Source: a phage. Taken from it: DNA of 64,000 nt. Both the position numbers and the translations under genes were made by a program. Positions within the stretch are counted from its first letter, which is position 1; every line of letters starts with the position of its first letter. Below are positions 37,146 through 46,504 of this stretch, piece by piece. The notes under the pieces were generated by a model, which was not told the origin of the DNA, made no database searches, and worked only from the letters and a program-made list of their open reading frames with translations. The stretch lies in assembly GCA_025823825.1 (NCBI GenBank), contig GCA_025823825.1_4720.1; one strand, given 5' to 3'.

Positions 37146-38081
37146 TTAGCCTTGTTCTTCTGGAGAACGACCCTGGAGGCTTGCGGTATGTCCGTCGACG
37201 TTGTAATAGAAAATCAATGGACCGCCAACGGCAGTACAGTAGTTTTCATCCAGACTGATCTCGATACCGTATTGGTAACCTGCTCTTGCTGGAATACGTC
37301 CGCCTAACTCACCGTTGAAAGCCACTTTAGCATTATACAGGTTATACGGTGCGACATTGTCGTCTAATACCCAACGATCGGTAGTCATTTCAGCCAGAAG
37401 ATCGGCAACCACCACATCGCTAATAACTGTACCTGTTACCAGCGAAGCCAGCAGTTCACCGTAATCAGAGGTATCACGACTGTAACTGTAAATCTCACCG
37501 CTAGCGCGTACGCCTTGACCAAAGAACTTAAGACCATCCAGCTCCTTGATCGCGATAATATCATCAAGATTCGGTACACGCGACTTCATCAAGATACGAA
37601 CGCTCCCCGTCCAAGCCAGGCAGTTAGATGCGACACGAAGCAATTGTCCGTTAACAGTATCCCAGTTAAGTTCGTCGTTGACGATTTCTTCCGCGGTAAG
37701 ACCAAGACCGAAACGTTCTTTGATGATAGGCCAGATATCACGCATCTTGGCGGCGTCTGGCGCATCGATAAGAATAGGAGCTACGTTACGCAGATACGCA
37801 CCGATGTTAATACGGTCGTAATACAGTGTCGTCGAACCTTCGTAATCGTCTAACTCGGTAAGCTTAGCGGTTGCTGTCGCCGTAATCTGGGTGTCGCGCT
37901 CATAGGCGCTTTGGTTGGTGGTTGGTGTTCCTAAAACCAATAATTCAGGGGTTAGGATATGCTCTCCGTTCTGAGGTGGGTTATCGTGGTTGATAAGACC
38001 ATACACGAGATCGGATGAGGGTAAAGAGACGTCGACCGGGTAAAGTTCGGTGTCGTCAATAGTTGTTACCGTATCACTCAC
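37146..38081 (-). CDS. paralogous virion-type protein, family member C (311 aa)
   Basis: Motifs ERFGLGL, TDRWVLDDN, NLYNAKV and LDENYCTAVGGPLIFYYN. Confidence 0.6.
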   Translation of the reverse strand: MSDTVTTIDDTELYPVDVSLPSSDLVYGLINHDNPPQNGEHILTPELLVLGTPTTNQSAYERDTQITATATAKLTELDDYEGSTTLYYDRINIGAYLRNVAPILIDAPDAAKMRDIWPIIKERFGLGLTAEEIVNDELNWDTVNGQLLRVASNCLAWTGSVRILMKSRVPNLDDIIAIKELDGLKFFGQGVRASGEIYSYSRDTSDYGELLASLVTGTVISDVVVADLLAEMTTDRWVLDDNVAPYNLYNAKVAFNGELGGRIPARAGYQYGIEISLDENYCTAVGGPLIFYYNVDGHTASLQGRSPEEQG

Positions 38082-38140
38082 GGTGACCTCCTCGCCAGGA
38101 ATTAGATAAAAAAGACTTTACGATTTGCTGCGCTATCACG

Positions 38141-40552
38141 TTAAACGTCCTCGATAGGCAAAGGTTTAACAATCAAACGATTGAGCGGATTCGATAGACG
38201 CATACTGATAGGCTTATACGCAACATGATTCGTCTCACTTAGAGCCACTGATCTGAAACGACCGTTCAACCGTTTGTAAATCGGTTCTATCCAGAGACCT
38301 CGAAGATCACGTTTACGGAAACGTTGTTCGAACGGTTTGATTGGGGTTACGGTTAACCCACGCAACGACTCTGATGGCAGACGCTCACGAAGGTCGCGTG
38401 GTGCCCGACCTGGGAACGGTGCAAGCCACAAACCATCGAGCGGATTTTTACGGAAACGCAACGAGACAGGATCGCTAATGACTTGTGCCCAATATTGCGT
38501 ACTGAATCGAACGGTTTGGGTGTTCTCGTAACCACTACAATCACACCAGGTTGGTTTCGGAGGCGCTTCCAAACTTTCAACCGCCGATTCACGCCAGTTC
38601 GTCATCGGGTTGTTATCATGTACGAATTTGATAACTTCCGTAGCCTGGTTATCCGTATCATGAACGTTTGCCTGTGCCCAGTCTTCCCACAGTTCTTCAC
38701 TACCACTTACTAAACTCGAACCGAGACGAACGGCGATTTTATTTAGTGGTTTGATTGGGTCACTGTTGATTGTCTGGATAAAATGGATGGTGTAACTGCT
38801 CAATGTCTTAAGCAGCTGCAGCATTCCGTATTGAATATCCTTAAGACTGGTGACATCTTCCAAATCCTGGCCGGTGGCCTTTGTGAAGATATCGAGAGCC
38901 AGAATACCCGCCTCTTCTTGACTGATTGCGTCAAGCTCCCAATCCATCGATAAGAACCATTCCTTGTAAAGCTGTCCAATACCGAAGTCGACACCAACAT
39001 CCATGTAGAAGTTTTCAACGATTGCTTCAGCCATGCCTCGAGCTTGATAATGTTCTTGGAGCTGATACATGAACTGATGGCGACGCCAGCCCTGGTAAAT
39101 CTCGGTAACGGCGCTCAGAAACTCTTCAGTACTGACGACAGCACGCAGCGTCACTTGCTTATCCAAACACCACCAGATCAGTTTATCGGGAATGATAGCA
39201 GGATCGGTAATGCTACGGAGATGGTCGAATGTCGGTAGCGTTAACACCCTGACGTGGTTAGCATGGATCTTAGGTACTTCAATCAGCGTCATGCCCATCG
39301 AATAGTTCAGCAAATACAAGAACAGCTTGTATGCATCTTTCATCGACATCGTCATGGTATCACCCGTCACCGGGTTGGTTGTCGTTAACCGTGACTGATA
39401 CATGCCTATCGCGCTAAGATGAATCCATTCGTTCAGCAGGAAATCATACTTAGGATACAGTTCACTGTCTGTAAGGTCTTCGGCTTCACTTTCCAACACC
39501 TTGGTCGTTAAGGTATTGTTGTCATGCATCGACATCTTCTCTATCGTGCGGTTAAGCTCGGTATAATACTCCGCTTCGTTATCCCGCGCTAGAGGGAACT
39601 GTTGCTGCATCACGGTGGTGACCTTACGTCTTACCGTGCCATTACCGACGATCTCTTGAAGGTTAAGCGGTTTACGCTCCATGTAAACTGCGGGTTTTAA
39701 CGTCTGGGGTATCTCGGAAGCGTCTTGTTTGATCGAGAACGCACCGATTGGAATTCCACGATCGGTTAATACCTTTTGAATGAGCTTATCGTAGTTTTCC
39801 GTTCTGCCCATGTTTCTTTCAACGTAAGCGATGTTACGATAGAACCAGAGCATTTGGGATTCGGTCATGTATCGCTTGAATCGATCGAGACCTTGATGGC
39901 TTGCCAGATAACTCCAGATATGGAAGCTATGGGCATAATGGGTATGACAGTTTTCCCAACGAATACCTTTTATCATCTCAGGTATTTGTGTGAATAGGAT
40001 GGCGTATAGCGCAGGCCAATGAAGCATATCGACGCTCTCATATGCCGGATGTTCCCAGCGTCTGAAGTAATCGTCGATTTCTTGCTGTAAACGTGGAATA
40101 AGATTGGCCTCGCGTGACTCAACCTCTTGTGTATCGTACCAGAGAATCTCATGATTGCGTGCCGCAATTGCTTTCTCGATATCGATGGGGTTAAGGATAC
40201 CCAAGATCAACATACGTTGTTCCGGGTACCGCGCAATTAAACGATTGAAATAATCTCCACCATACGCGTATTCCCTTGCCGTCATGCGATGCCGTAACAT
40301 GTTTTCCTTGGTGAACTCGATCTCTTCGAGCGTATCCAGGGAATTTACGGTCATCATTGTCTGACAAGGATGATACTCGCCAGCGAGATTCATGTAGTAT
40401 AACCACGTGCGTGGGTCGTCCCCGACGGCCATCTGGTAGACTTCGGAAACCTTGAGGTTTAACCGTTCTGCCGTGATGTCGCTTTTAATAATCAGGGTGT
40501 CCGTTAGACGCTGCACGCTTTCCGAATAAAGCTGATAGTCAGTGTTGGACAC
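38141..40552 (-). CDS. large hypothetical protein with C-terminal RFRK..GLW repeats
   Basis: Track ORF 38141..40621 (TTG start); GTG at 40552 has GGAGGA 6 nt upstream and avoids overlap with the divergent gene. C-terminal repeats LRFRKNPLDGLWLAPFP / RFRKRDLRGLWIEPIYK / GRFRSVALSE. Confidence 0.55.
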   Translation of the reverse strand: MSNTDYQLYSESVQRLTDTLIIKSDITAERLNLKVSEVYQMAVGDDPRTWLYYMNLAGEYHPCQTMMTVNSLDTLEEIEFTKENMLRHRMTAREYAYGGDYFNRLIARYPEQRMLILGILNPIDIEKAIAARNHEILWYDTQEVESREANLIPRLQQEIDDYFRRWEHPAYESVDMLHWPALYAILFTQIPEMIKGIRWENCHTHYAHSFHIWSYLASHQGLDRFKRYMTESQMLWFYRNIAYVERNMGRTENYDKLIQKVLTDRGIPIGAFSIKQDASEIPQTLKPAVYMERKPLNLQEIVGNGTVRRKVTTVMQQQFPLARDNEAEYYTELNRTIEKMSMHDNNTLTTKVLESEAEDLTDSELYPKYDFLLNEWIHLSAIGMYQSRLTTTNPVTGDTMTMSMKDAYKLFLYLLNYSMGMTLIEVPKIHANHVRVLTLPTFDHLRSITDPAIIPDKLIWWCLDKQVTLRAVVSTEEFLSAVTEIYQGWRRHQFMYQLQEHYQARGMAEAIVENFYMDVGVDFGIGQLYKEWFLSMDWELDAISQEEAGILALDIFTKATGQDLEDVTSLKDIQYGMLQLLKTLSSYTIHFIQTINSDPIKPLNKIAVRLGSSLVSGSEELWEDWAQANVHDTDNQATEVIKFVHDNNPMTNWRESAVESLEAPPKPTWCDCSGYENTQTVRFSTQYWAQVISDPVSLRFRKNPLDGLWLAPFPGRAPRDLRERLPSESLRGLTVTPIKPFEQRFRKRDLRGLWIEPIYKRLNGRFRSVALSETNHVAYKPISMRLSNPLNRLIVKPLPIEDV

Positions 40553-40579
40553 GATCGGTCCTCCAAGGAGCCAGTGTAA

Positions 40580-43489
40580 ATGAACGATATAAATAAAGGG
40601 CGCGTCGCCCTCGAACGTCAAATGAGCAATAATGACGTTGCGAAGGCACTCATGAACAAATTTGTCGCTCCTGCTCCGCAGTCACGTCTTTATAATACAC
40701 GTGATGCGGAAGGAGCGAACGGTCGTTTCGGGTTAGTTGTTCCCGACCAAATGACGATGAACACGGTTACGCGTGCGACCGCGACAAACATCGAGGATAA
40801 TAAAAACATCCTCGAGTTGTTCCCTGAACTTAAACGCGTGATGCAGATCTATGTTGCCGCGTTGACGAACCCTAACGATCTTAAGACGGTCGAGATGTTT
40901 ATCGACAGCGAAGATTTCCCCGGCAGAGTCGCAGAAATCGTTCAGCCGATGATCGATACCATCGACACGCATTTTAAGAATATCTATAAAATAAAGACGC
41001 TTATCCCTCGTATCATCGAAGACGTCTTCTTTATCAAGGGCAGTTATAACTTCGTTGTTCTGCCGGAAAGCACGCTCGACCGCGCCATTAATGGTAACGG
41101 TCAACTGAAACTTGAAGAATACGGATTTAAAGACAACCATTTTGCAAGTTGGGGGCTTCTAGGTAACGACAGTCGCAAACGCCACGAAAATCAATTACCT
41201 GCGACGGTTTCGATGGAAGATTATTTCTCGGGTGTTAATGAAACCATACCGTACGATCCTGTTGTTCGCATAGACAGCATCAAGTTTACCAATACCCTGC
41301 TTCGCGATAAGGACGGTAAATTCATTGAAGCGAAGATCGATATTCCGGATATGGTTACGGTTGTCGATAACCCAGACATCCTCCGCATGCCTATTCTGCA
41401 TCAACGTCGAGCAGCGACAGCAGTGCAGCGTGCGTTACGCGCAAACACGTTAGGAGGTAGTGGTTTGGTAACGCTGTCAGGCGATCCGACCCTAACCGCT
41501 AACCGACGTGAGCTGTCGCAAGAACAGGTTAACGAGATCTGGAATAAGCTCAACATCCAGCGCCACACCAAGGTATCGCCCGTTTACGCGCTGGCAACCC
41601 CAGATACGCTTGATCGTCAAAGCGTTGGCCATCCTGGCGTGATGCATGTACCACCTGAGGCATTAGAACCCGTACATGCGCCCGGTGATCCTGAGAACCA
41701 TATCGGGTATTTGGTTCAGTTGGATGAGTTTGGTTATCCAGTACGTTTGGTTGAAGATGCGGCGTATTACAAGCAGTTGGAAGGTCGGTTGTCGAAGATC
41801 ACCGCAGATATCGCAGGTACGTCAAGCAACGGCATGGCGAGCGAGATGATTGGTGCAGCCAAGAACATGATCCAAGGTACGTCATGTAATCAGGTAGACA
41901 TGTCGGCCTTCGTATCATCGTACGAATCGCTGATGCAACGTTACATTGTCGAACGTATCGTTAACGGTTATCTTGGCAGTGCGGTGGAGATCGGTGCGAC
42001 ATCGTCGTTTTATCTGTCGATGCTTGCTCGTAGCCTCGCTCACAAGCAGACCCGTGTTTTGTTTATTCCTCGAGAGATGGTGACTTACATCGCCTATGAA
42101 TACAACAAATACGGTATCGGTCGTTCGCTGCTTGAAAGTACGAAGATGATCTCATCGCAACGAGCCATGCTCATGGTTCAAGAACTGATGGCAAAAATCA
42201 AAAGTTCGTTGAACTATACGACGCTAAGCGTAATGCTTGAAGACACCGACAGAAACCCGGTCGATACCGTCGAACAAGCGCTGCATAGTTTCGCTCGTGT
42301 CTACCAGTCTGGTTTCCCGTTGGGTGAAACTAACCCGATGGATATCATCAACGCGTACGAACGAAGCTCGATTCGATTGAAGGTTGAGGGGAATAACCCA
42401 CGCTTCCCGAAATTGAATACAGACGTCAGTGTTGAGCAGCGTAACTATCAGTCTCCTGATAATGAGCTGATGGATCGTTACCGTCGTGACCATTTCATGG
42501 GCTTGGGTGTGTCTCCGGAGATTATCGATACTTCCTACCAATCTGAATTCGCAGCTTCTGTGATTACAGCTAACGCGATGCAAGAGAAACAGTTCACGGT
42601 TTGTCGTGAGGTGATCACGAATGGGTTATCGGACCACATCAAGAAATATACGGCATACAGTCCCGTGTTGTTGACGTCGTTACGAAACACGGTTCGTGCG
42701 AACATGTCTAAGCTTTCCCAGGCACAATTGAAGCAGCTTTTTGGTAGCGATTTCGAAAACGGTGTTATCCGTAACGTTAACGCCTATCAGGAGATTGACG
42801 ACCAATCAGCAACAATGGATCTGGATTACACTAAACCAGAAGTCCAGGAAGTTATTGCCGATGCTTATGTGTCCATGTTCTTAAACAGCCTGCGTGTGCG
42901 TTTACCGGATAGCAATGCTCGTCGCCTTGAAGATCAGGTACGTGAATATAATCAGTACAAGGAAGCGATTACTGCGCAACTTGATGATTATTTAACGCCC
43001 GATTACGTCATGGGTCTGGGTGGGGTTGATGAAACAACGCTGCAGATGATCCGCGCATGCATTATTGGTACCGCGATGCGTACGTGGGCAAAAGAGAACA
43101 ACTTCAATCAGGAGCTGGCTGATCTCTTCAGTCTTGACGATAAGAAGAATGCCGTGCAAGATTGGAAACGTATGTCCATGGAACATATTGAAGTCATGGG
43201 TAAATGCATGGGTGATTTTGCATTGTATATTCAGAATCTGACGAAGAAGATTGAAGAGAAGATGGGAGCTCAAGCACAGGACGGTAGCGTTTCATCTGAT
43301 GGTTCGTGGTCATCCGATTCAAGTAGCGATACCGGTTCTTCTGATGACTTCGGTGGCGGTGACGATTTCGGAGATACCGATTTCGATACCGAAACGATGG
43401 AGGAAACCTCAACAGAAGAAACAACCACATCTGAGGATACGACGACCGACACAACGTCAGAAGACGATACTTCAGGTGACATTGTCTAA
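40580..43489 (+). CDS. large hypothetical protein with acidic Ser/Thr/Asp-rich C-terminal tail (969 aa)
   Basis: AAGGAG 10 nt upstream of ATG; the last about 70 aa are ...SSDGSWSSDSSSDTGSSDDFGGGDDFGDTDFDTETMEETSTEETTTSEDTTTDTTSEDDTSGDIV. Confidence 0.6.
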   Translation: MNDINKGRVALERQMSNNDVAKALMNKFVAPAPQSRLYNTRDAEGANGRFGLVVPDQMTMNTVTRATATNIEDNKNILELFPELKRVMQIYVAALTNPNDLKTVEMFIDSEDFPGRVAEIVQPMIDTIDTHFKNIYKIKTLIPRIIEDVFFIKGSYNFVVLPESTLDRAINGNGQLKLEEYGFKDNHFASWGLLGNDSRKRHENQLPATVSMEDYFSGVNETIPYDPVVRIDSIKFTNTLLRDKDGKFIEAKIDIPDMVTVVDNPDILRMPILHQRRAATAVQRALRANTLGGSGLVTLSGDPTLTANRRELSQEQVNEIWNKLNIQRHTKVSPVYALATPDTLDRQSVGHPGVMHVPPEALEPVHAPGDPENHIGYLVQLDEFGYPVRLVEDAAYYKQLEGRLSKITADIAGTSSNGMASEMIGAAKNMIQGTSCNQVDMSAFVSSYESLMQRYIVERIVNGYLGSAVEIGATSSFYLSMLARSLAHKQTRVLFIPREMVTYIAYEYNKYGIGRSLLESTKMISSQRAMLMVQELMAKIKSSLNYTTLSVMLEDTDRNPVDTVEQALHSFARVYQSGFPLGETNPMDIINAYERSSIRLKVEGNNPRFPKLNTDVSVEQRNYQSPDNELMDRYRRDHFMGLGVSPEIIDTSYQSEFAASVITANAMQEKQFTVCREVITNGLSDHIKKYTAYSPVLLTSLRNTVRANMSKLSQAQLKQLFGSDFENGVIRNVNAYQEIDDQSATMDLDYTKPEVQEVIADAYVSMFLNSLRVRLPDSNARRLEDQVREYNQYKEAITAQLDDYLTPDYVMGLGGVDETTLQMIRACIIGTAMRTWAKENNFNQELADLFSLDDKKNAVQDWKRMSMEHIEVMGKCMGDFALYIQNLTKKIEEKMGAQAQDGSVSSDGSWSSDSSSDTGSSDDFGGGDDFGDTDFDTETMEETSTEETTTSEDTTTDTTSEDDTSGDIV

Positions 43490-43522
43490 ACGGATGTAAA
43501 AAAAAAAATAACACATAGTTAA

Positions 43523-43557
43523 CCTTCTCCCCAACCCGATGAGGGAAGGGGAGAAGG
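43523..43557. terminator. conserved CCTCC/GGAGG hairpin element (family member 6)
   Basis: CCTTCTCCCC-AACCC-GATGA-GGGAA-GGGGAGAAGG, preceded on the plus strand by an A10-12 run; flanks CATAG ... CTATG. Confidence 0.65.
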
Positions 43558-43574
43558 GCTATGCGCTATTTAAT

Positions 43575-43850
43575 TTATTTCGAGGTTAACCACGATTCAA
43601 TTATGGTGAGTTTGCTTCTCAGTACGCGCCAACTAGGGTGTGGTGGGATCACAGCGCCATTGTCGATTACGGTTAGCTGAACCTGGTACTTCTGTTGCAT
43701 ACGCGCTACCGTGTCGCTTATCGAGAGGAAAAGCTGGTAACGTTCATATGCCGTCAGTTCACTGTCCTGTTGAACTGCGTTGGCTGCTAACGTAATTTCG
43801 CGTAAGTCCTTTGCATCCACAGAGACGGTAATGAGTTTATATTGACTCAT
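43575..43850 (-). CDS. hypothetical protein (91 aa)
   Basis: Track ORF. Confidence 0.5.
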   Translation of the reverse strand: MSQYKLITVSVDAKDLREITLAANAVQQDSELTAYERYQLFLSISDTVARMQQKYQVQLTVIDNGAVIPPHPSWRVLRSKLTIIESWLTSK

Positions 43851-43869
43851 ACGGTTTCCTTATCAACTA

Positions 43870-43891
43870 GGGTATTGCAAATACAATACCC
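43870..43891. promoter_or_regulatory. palindrome GGGTATTG-CAAATA-CAATACCC
   Basis: 8-bp perfect stem between genes, about 30 nt upstream of the start at 43850. Confidence 0.4.
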
Positions 43892-43911
43892 ACCGTCGGA
43901 CGATAAGTTAA

Positions 43912-46470
43912 TTACTGCTCTTCACGTTCCAGCAGATACTCGGAAGCGGTAATACCGTTTACCGTACGTACTGCTTTCAGACGAGTATCATCGCTCAGAA
44001 TTACAGTAACAGATTGCAGACCTTTTACTTTGGTTTCGAAGGTCTTGAACACCTGATCCAGCATACGAGCAATGCTTGGGTTGGTTGCAGCCGATGCGTG
44101 AGTGTAACCGCTCTGATTCAGCTTCAGAATCTTGGCGTTGGTCGGTACGCGAACAACAACATGTGGGCGCATCGCGAATACGCTGTGATTGAACCAGTAA
44201 GCGTCGTTACTATCTTCGTCGGTAACGATGTCTGGATTAACACGCATATCCTCGACAGCCGCATCCGCCAAACGACGTTCGATTTCATCGGCGTCCAGAG
44301 AGCCATCTTTCTCCAGTTCTGCACGATACTCACTCATGGCAACCAGATGACGTTCACGATTCGCTGCAGATTTTTCGTGAGCGGCTTTCAGGTAGTCATG
44401 CATGTTGTACAGTTCAGCCATGGAAAGACGAATGTTCCACTGACCTTCGCCATCACGATTGCAGTAGAGACACTTCAGCATGTTGACCCAGGTGTAGTAG
44501 CAATTGGCGAATTCATCTTCAATGAACTTCTGGTCCATTTTAAGATCGTGAATCAGCCAACCGGACAGTTCTCCGATATCATCAACGAAGCTAGAGATGG
44601 TGGTTTCAGAGAAGTTCTTCGGTACGATACGTTTGATCAGCTTATTGACGTCTTTGGTCATGCTATCGTTCAGGAAATGCCAGATACGCAGAGGAATGAC
44701 ATCTCGATACTGTTGCATGATCTGACGATAAGCTTTGATATCGTCGCTACGACCTTTATCAATAGACAACGCATCCAGGAATTCATGGATTGCATCCAGC
44801 TCTTTGTCGGTATAGGTTCCCAGATAGGAATTGACGGTGGCCAGGAATGCTAATGCGTCGTTTTGGTTGACGTCGGTGTTGGTCTGCTGAATGATCGCCA
44901 CTGCAGCTTTAGTTTCAGCATCCTCAACGCTTGACGCTGCGATCGCGTCGGTGACGGTAAACAGTTTCATTTCGCGCTGTTCACCGACAACGATTGGCTC
45001 ACGCTGAACCGGCTTGTTAAGACTAACGCGAACAACTTCTGCTTGCGCGATACGATCCAGTTTTGCCATTTCCTGCTCTGCCATACGACGAGCGGTTGGA
45101 TCTGATTCAAGTTCGATGTATTCCACTTCTTCCTCCGTGAGGGATGTAATGTCAACAATGGTTTCATGAAGAATTCCGTTTTCGTCGATACGTGCCCGAC
45201 GAGCGAAGTGCCTGAAGTCATACAACGTCGGCCAACGACAATTAGGCGCATAGTCTTTGGCTTTCAGACGCATCTGCATAAATTCATCATGTTGAACAAC
45301 ACGACCGTAACGCTTAGCATCTTCGGTCGCATCAATTGGATTAACGGTCTTTGTTGCCGTAGCGGAACGAGCCGTACGAACCGGTTCCGGTTTCACCTGT
45401 GCCGGTTCAGGTTGAACGGGTTTCTGCTGTCCAGCCTTAACATGCCATTCTGGCTCTTCGTACTGTTCAGCAAATTGCTCAGCCGCTGCAAAGATATCGT
45501 TGATACCACCAATATCTCCTTCAGGATTTGTCGAGTAAATCCGTGGTTGCGGTGCCTCGTAACGCGGCGCTGTAGCAGCAGGTGCCTCATCAACGTTATG
45601 ATCGTCATCACCAACATCATACAAACGGTTGAACGCACAATCCTTCGAATCAATGTACGATGGTGTTTGTGGTTGGACAACCGTAGGCCGAGGTTGTGCG
45701 CCGTATCCTGGTGTTGTTGGAGCCATACCACGCATAACTGCCGGGTTAGGTTGGTATTGTGGTTGCGGGTAGGTTCCACCATACGTGGCGTACGCAGGCT
45801 GTTGCGGTTGACCGTATCCACCACCAACCATCGCACTTGCTTGCGGCCCACGATAAGTCATCCCCATCTGCATCACCTGCTGCTTCAAACCGCGTGACTT
45901 CTGAGCGATTTGCGCTAGGCTTCCGCTTTTATTCAGCTGCGTGTACTTATTCGCGGCTTCCGGGTTAATGCGTGATAATTCGATCGCGCGATAATATTCC
46001 GGGTACTGATTAGGTTCAAAGAGCCACGTTACAAGATGATACAGCGCAACTGTGCTCACAGCAGCAGAGACGATCTGGTCGTCGGACGCGTTCTGTGGCA
46101 TCGGGTTGATGTAAGAGAACACGTTCCAACAACAGTCTTCAACAAGCGATTCCATCATCATATCGTTATTGGTATAACGTGCGACGAACTCGGTTTGTAT
46201 TTTGTCTTGCTGAGCGAAGTCTTTCAGGACATTAAAGATGGCTTGACGGATTTTGACGATCGTCGCTTCTTGGGTGATGAAGTTATAGTTCTGCTGATAT
46301 GAGGGTTGTTGGTATTGTGGTGGTTGATAGGCGTTATTCGGGTATGCGCCGTACGGCGATTGCTGATACTGTTGCTGACGAACCTGTTCAGCCGCATGAT
46401 TAATCGTGCTCGTATAAGGGTTTTCGCTATAGCCCATTTGCTGATACATGTTGTTACTGCCATTATACAT
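43912..46470 (-). CDS. protein with Gln/Tyr/Pro-rich low-complexity regions (852 aa)
   Basis: AAGGA Shine-Dalgarno; N-terminus QQYQQSPYGAYPNNAYQPPQYQQPSYQQNY and a second stretch GGGYGQPQQPAYATYGGTYPQPQYQPNPAVMRGMAPTTPGYGAQPRPTVVQPQTPSY. Confidence 0.65.
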   Translation of the reverse strand: MYNGSNNMYQQMGYSENPYTSTINHAAEQVRQQQYQQSPYGAYPNNAYQPPQYQQPSYQQNYNFITQEATIVKIRQAIFNVLKDFAQQDKIQTEFVARYTNNDMMMESLVEDCCWNVFSYINPMPQNASDDQIVSAAVSTVALYHLVTWLFEPNQYPEYYRAIELSRINPEAANKYTQLNKSGSLAQIAQKSRGLKQQVMQMGMTYRGPQASAMVGGGYGQPQQPAYATYGGTYPQPQYQPNPAVMRGMAPTTPGYGAQPRPTVVQPQTPSYIDSKDCAFNRLYDVGDDDHNVDEAPAATAPRYEAPQPRIYSTNPEGDIGGINDIFAAAEQFAEQYEEPEWHVKAGQQKPVQPEPAQVKPEPVRTARSATATKTVNPIDATEDAKRYGRVVQHDEFMQMRLKAKDYAPNCRWPTLYDFRHFARRARIDENGILHETIVDITSLTEEEVEYIELESDPTARRMAEQEMAKLDRIAQAEVVRVSLNKPVQREPIVVGEQREMKLFTVTDAIAASSVEDAETKAAVAIIQQTNTDVNQNDALAFLATVNSYLGTYTDKELDAIHEFLDALSIDKGRSDDIKAYRQIMQQYRDVIPLRIWHFLNDSMTKDVNKLIKRIVPKNFSETTISSFVDDIGELSGWLIHDLKMDQKFIEDEFANCYYTWVNMLKCLYCNRDGEGQWNIRLSMAELYNMHDYLKAAHEKSAANRERHLVAMSEYRAELEKDGSLDADEIERRLADAAVEDMRVNPDIVTDEDSNDAYWFNHSVFAMRPHVVVRVPTNAKILKLNQSGYTHASAATNPSIARMLDQVFKTFETKVKGLQSVTVILSDDTRLKAVRTVNGITASEYLLEREEQ

Positions 46471-46504
46471 TTCTTACGATCCTTTTTATTTATTCGGTTA
46501 TGTG

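Noticed and set aside
44014-45897. Plus-strand ORFs of 279 and 243 aa (44014..44853, 45166..45897)
   Set aside because: Both are antisense to the 852-aa minus-strand gene, which has a clear Shine-Dalgarno sequence; their arginine- and cysteine-rich composition is typical of antisense frames.
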